Below, in pieces: positions 60,616 to 64,000 of a stretch of DNA of 64,000 nt (position 1 is its first letter; each line of letters starts with the position of its first letter). The stretch lies in IMG/VR virus record IMGVR_UViG_3300005663_000033, positions 32,001-96,000 of that record; one strand, 5' to 3'. The translations under genes and the position numbers were made by a program. The notes beneath the pieces were generated by a model. That model made no database searches. It saw only the letters and a program-made list of their open reading frames with translations, and had not been told where the DNA came from. The stretch comes from a virus.

Positions 60616-62499
60616 TGGACAAATCAGAAATTAGAACTAATCGAGTAAACGCCGACGATAAACCCCTCAAAGGCTTGGTGAATAAAGGCTATAAAACGTT
60701 TAAGTGTACTGGTTGTAATAAACCTTTGTTAGCACTTCAACTGACGGCTATAGAAGGGGAGAGTGTAGTCGAAGTTTTAACACGAATAGCCGTCTTATGT
60801 TGTGCATGTAAAAGTTTTTCATGTGTACAACAGATTTCTGGACAATTTCATCCAGGCGCACCAAATGACCAAATGGCATTCGACGTTTTAGATGATGATA
60901 CCGGTGCTCCAGAAGCTGATGTTCTTTTTAAGGCGTGGAGTAAATGAAAGTAGTTGTTGTAGATATTCATGGGACACCTCGTGAAATAGATGGAAATGCC
61001 AAGGTAGATTTCGATATTTTGGCGAGATGGTCTGGCAATAGATATCTCGTTCTTGCTTCTGTTGAAGGAGATTTATTTGATCCGCTTGACACAAAAGCAG
61101 GCATAAACAAGCTAGATCGAGAACGTGGTGGAAAAGTTTGGGAACTAAGGACATGTAGCCAGGAGTGTTATGAACAGTATACTGTTTTCTTGCGAAGCAA
61201 AAACAGAACACCATACCTCGTGGCACAACGGAGATTTAGAAATGACTTTCGATGAATTCAAATTAGATTTTCTTAATTTTTTGGATGGTTCGAATGTGAA
61301 TCTTGGTCGTAGAGGGACAAAGACGAGGAGCGCATTTCTCGACAAGGTATTAGAAAAGTTTGAGACTTTTAGCGAATCTTGTAATAATGTCAATGTTGAT
61401 AAGAATAAGACAAAGAAAAAAGATAAGAATCCCATGAGTGGTAGCGTTAAGTGTATTAAACCGGAAGACCCAAGAAAAGCACTTGATATAGGTAAAGGTG
61501 TTCATGCTATGACATCTAGTGAATCAATGCGGGCCGATGAACAACTAGATCGCTCTCCTTTTAGTGGTAAAAACGATGAGGATAAAGAAAATGAGTAAAG
61601 ATGGAAATGACTCAAATTTAGCATTCGGAGTTACATCGACAACACCAGAAGTAAGATTTATCGCTTCATTATCTGATGGTAGAACTGTTATTCAGGATGA
61701 TCGTCCAGGTAAAGAACATGCTTGGATTAGATTGTCTAAATGGATAAAAGCTAATTCAAATATATCAATTTCAAACTTACGGCTTCAAGGTTTAAAAGGT
61801 AAGGATATCAAGATGCCACCCAATCAAAAGGGATACTTTTTAGGGAAAAAACAAAATGCAACCTGGGGTGGTTCTCAGAGTAATTATCTAGGTATTGGAT
61901 ATTATGATGGACAAATAGTTAATGTTGTTTGGCATCGTCAGCCTAAATTCGATCATTCTTTTACTGAGAATAGAACTGTGGCTAATGCTGGTTTCTTTTT
62001 GATTAAAAATTCCTGATGGCAATAAGACACCAATTACAAAATGAAAAGCATCCTTATCTATCCCCAACTACGCCGGGATTATATATTACATTCCGCGCTT
62101 ATATTATCGAACTCATTTGTTTGAATGTCAATAAAAAAATCGGTCCGCGATTTTGGTCTGATAAAAAATATTGGGGGCCAAAATTTCGAAGAGAAGTTAA
62201 AGGTGTAGACAATGTTCTCAAACAATTATTTCATTTTGTATCTAAAGTCGAAACCATAGATGCTTTCACCCAAACAGCTTTTGTGCAAATCATAAGAGAA
62301 CACAATATCAAATCTCTGACATATAAGACTACTGTGAAAAGAGCGGTTAATAGTATTCGTCAAAGAAAAGTTGATCTAGAAAAACAAAGAGTTGAATTTC
62401 GAGCAAAATCACCTCAGAAAGAAATAGATGCCAAGAAAAACTCGACTTTTATTGATACTGGAGAAAAGGGTGTATTAGCAAAGATAAGAGAGACAGAGA

Positions 62500-63555
62500 A
62501 TGGCTAAGAAAAAATCAAAGATTGAAAATGAATCACTGGATGTATTTCTTACGCGGATACACGGTGAAGGTATTATTGCCACAGCAGATAAAGCTTTACC
62601 TCCTAGAAAGAGAGATGTTCTTAATACCCCACTATCTTTAGACATTGCTTTGAGTGGCGGTATTCCAGATGGTACGATTTGTTTAATCACAGGAAAACCA
62701 AAGTCGGGGAAAACCACGCTGTGTCTAGAATTACTGAGAAATGCACAGATTCTTAATCGTCCGACATTCTATATTAATATTGAAAAAAGATGTACTCCAT
62801 CCTTATTATCAACGATTCAAGGGCTTGATCCGTCAAAACTTCAAGTCATCCCACACCAAATAGATAAACCACTAACGGCTGAGGATTATCTCAACATTAT
62901 AGAACGTATTGCTAAGACACAGAAAAAAGCCGTTGTTGTAATAGATAGTATTGCCGCACTATCTACCATGACAGAGCAAGAAGAACAAATTGGATCAAAC
63001 AAAGATATGGCTGGACCTGCAAAGTTGTTGTCAGCGTTTTTTAGAAGAGCACAACAAGTCGTAGATTCAAATGATGTTATTCTCATTTTCATTTCACAAA
63101 TGATGACAAGCAGAGAACCTCGTGGTCCAAAATGGATGGAAAAGGGTGGAATAGCTATTCAATATGCATGTTCTGTTTGGCTTAAAGTTACCTGGATACA
63201 GCAATGGGAAAGAAATGCAGAAACCAATGCTCCAGATGGTCACGATATGCACATAACAGTACAGTCATCCGCCCTAGGACGGCCACTTTTGCCTTGTATT
63301 CTACCTCTTCGATATGGTGTTGGAATTGATGTTGTAAAAGATATTGTAATGACAGCAGAGAACCTTGGATTGATCGAAAAAGCTGGCGCCTGGTATTCAA
63401 TTCCCATGTTTGCTGGCGATGGTGATCCTCCTAAGTTTCAAGGACTTGCAAGATTATCCAACTTTCTAAAGGATAATCCAGATAAGTTAAAACGACTGGA
63501 GACTGAAGTAAGAGATATTGTATTACCAAAGGAGACAGATAATGCTAAGGACTAG
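62500..63555 (+). CDS. recA: RecA/UvsX-like recombinase
   Basis: SLDIALSGGIP.G, Walker A GKPKSGKTT, VVIDSIAAL, FISQ, GG.A..Y, I.KAGAWY, KFQG. Confidence 0.9.
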   Translation: MAKKKSKIENESLDVFLTRIHGEGIIATADKALPPRKRDVLNTPLSLDIALSGGIPDGTICLITGKPKSGKTTLCLELLRNAQILNRPTFYINIEKRCTPSLLSTIQGLDPSKLQVIPHQIDKPLTAEDYLNIIERIAKTQKKAVVVIDSIAALSTMTEQEEQIGSNKDMAGPAKLLSAFFRRAQQVVDSNDVILIFISQMMTSREPRGPKWMEKGGIAIQYACSVWLKVTWIQQWERNAETNAPDGHDMHITVQSSALGRPLLPCILPLRYGVGIDVVKDIVMTAENLGLIEKAGAWYSIPMFAGDGDPPKFQGLARLSNFLKDNPDKLKRLETEVRDIVLPKETDNAKD

Positions 63556-64000
63556 AATCAACTGGGATGATTATTTTATGGTACAAGCCCTTTGGGCTAA
63601 AGTACGTAGTCCAGATAGTAGTACGCAATGTGGCTGCGTTTTGGTAGATAAACGTGGTAGGCCGATTGGTCAGGGTTATAATGGATACCCGAGAAACATC
63701 GACGACAGTAAAATGCCTCAAACACGGCCAGAAAAATATCCTTCCATTTTACATTCGGAAGAAAACGCTATATCCAATTCTGTTGGAGACCTGGAAGGAG
63801 CTACTGTTTACGTTACAGGACCACCATGTATTCATTGTTGGGCTCATATTATTCAAAAGGGAATCAAACGAGTTGTGTATGGACCAATTACAACATCATC
63901 TAAGGGATTGTATTCTGATGCGCAATTAGATAATCCAAACCAGGTTGTCGCAGACATGCTGGAGAATCAAGACATAGAAGTGGTTAGATGGATACCCAAT
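63542..64000 (+). CDS. dCMP deaminase (runs off the window end)
   Basis: Hand translation: WDDYFM...RSPD.STQCGC...GYNG...HSEENAI...PCIHC...IQKGIKRVVY. Confidence 0.9.
   Translation, partial: MLRTRINWDDYFMVQALWAKVRSPDSSTQCGCVLVDKRGRPIGQGYNGYPRNIDDSKMPQTRPEKYPSILHSEENAISNSVGDLEGATVYVTGPPCIHCWAHIIQKGIKRVVYGPITTSSKGLYSDAQLDNPNQVVADMLENQDIEVVRWIPN

Noticed and set aside
1272-63929. Most minus-strand and nested ORFs in the supplied track (e.g. 1272-1541, 4165-4449, 4532-4900, 53459-54022, 63654-63929)
   Set aside because: They overlap well-supported + strand genes or structured non-coding regions, lack an RBS and show no protein motifs.

Overview
This 64 kb window looks like part of a large (probably jumbo) phage genome, likely infecting a Planctomycetota host; host and family assignments come from recognising sequence motifs, not from database searches. 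No virion structural genes are recognisable. Almost all genes are on the + strand; the exceptions are two genes left of ~1.1 kb and one lipoprotein-like gene. The window runs as follows. (1) A divergent promoter region saturated with a TTATCGGAC motif (1.3-3.1 kb). (2) About 2 kb of densely base-paired non-coding sequence ending in a tRNA-like element with an abnormal anticodon arm (3.3-5.4 kb). (3) A long early-type array of small hypothetical genes with stereotyped leaders, tRNA-Glu and tRNA-Lys. (4) A complete ubiquitin-like conjugation module (Ubl, Cys-rich E2-like, JAB, E1/ThiF; 21.8-25.3 kb), with AAA ATPase, DUF3150-, DUF1257- and DUF2997-like genes scattered downstream. (5) A DNA, nucleotide and protein-turnover region: IMPDH/GMPR, peptide deformylase, BrxL-like ATPase, ThyX, Xer-type recombinase, ClpP, sigma factor, protease, class II RNR, an intein-containing metallophosphoesterase, HNH endonucleases, PD-(D/E)XK nuclease, MT-A70 MTase, RNase H, RecA and dCMP deaminase. 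A conserved promoter, (G/C)(A/G)AACA-17bp-TATAAT, occurs six times; five copies also carry an AGTTGGACG-like extension.
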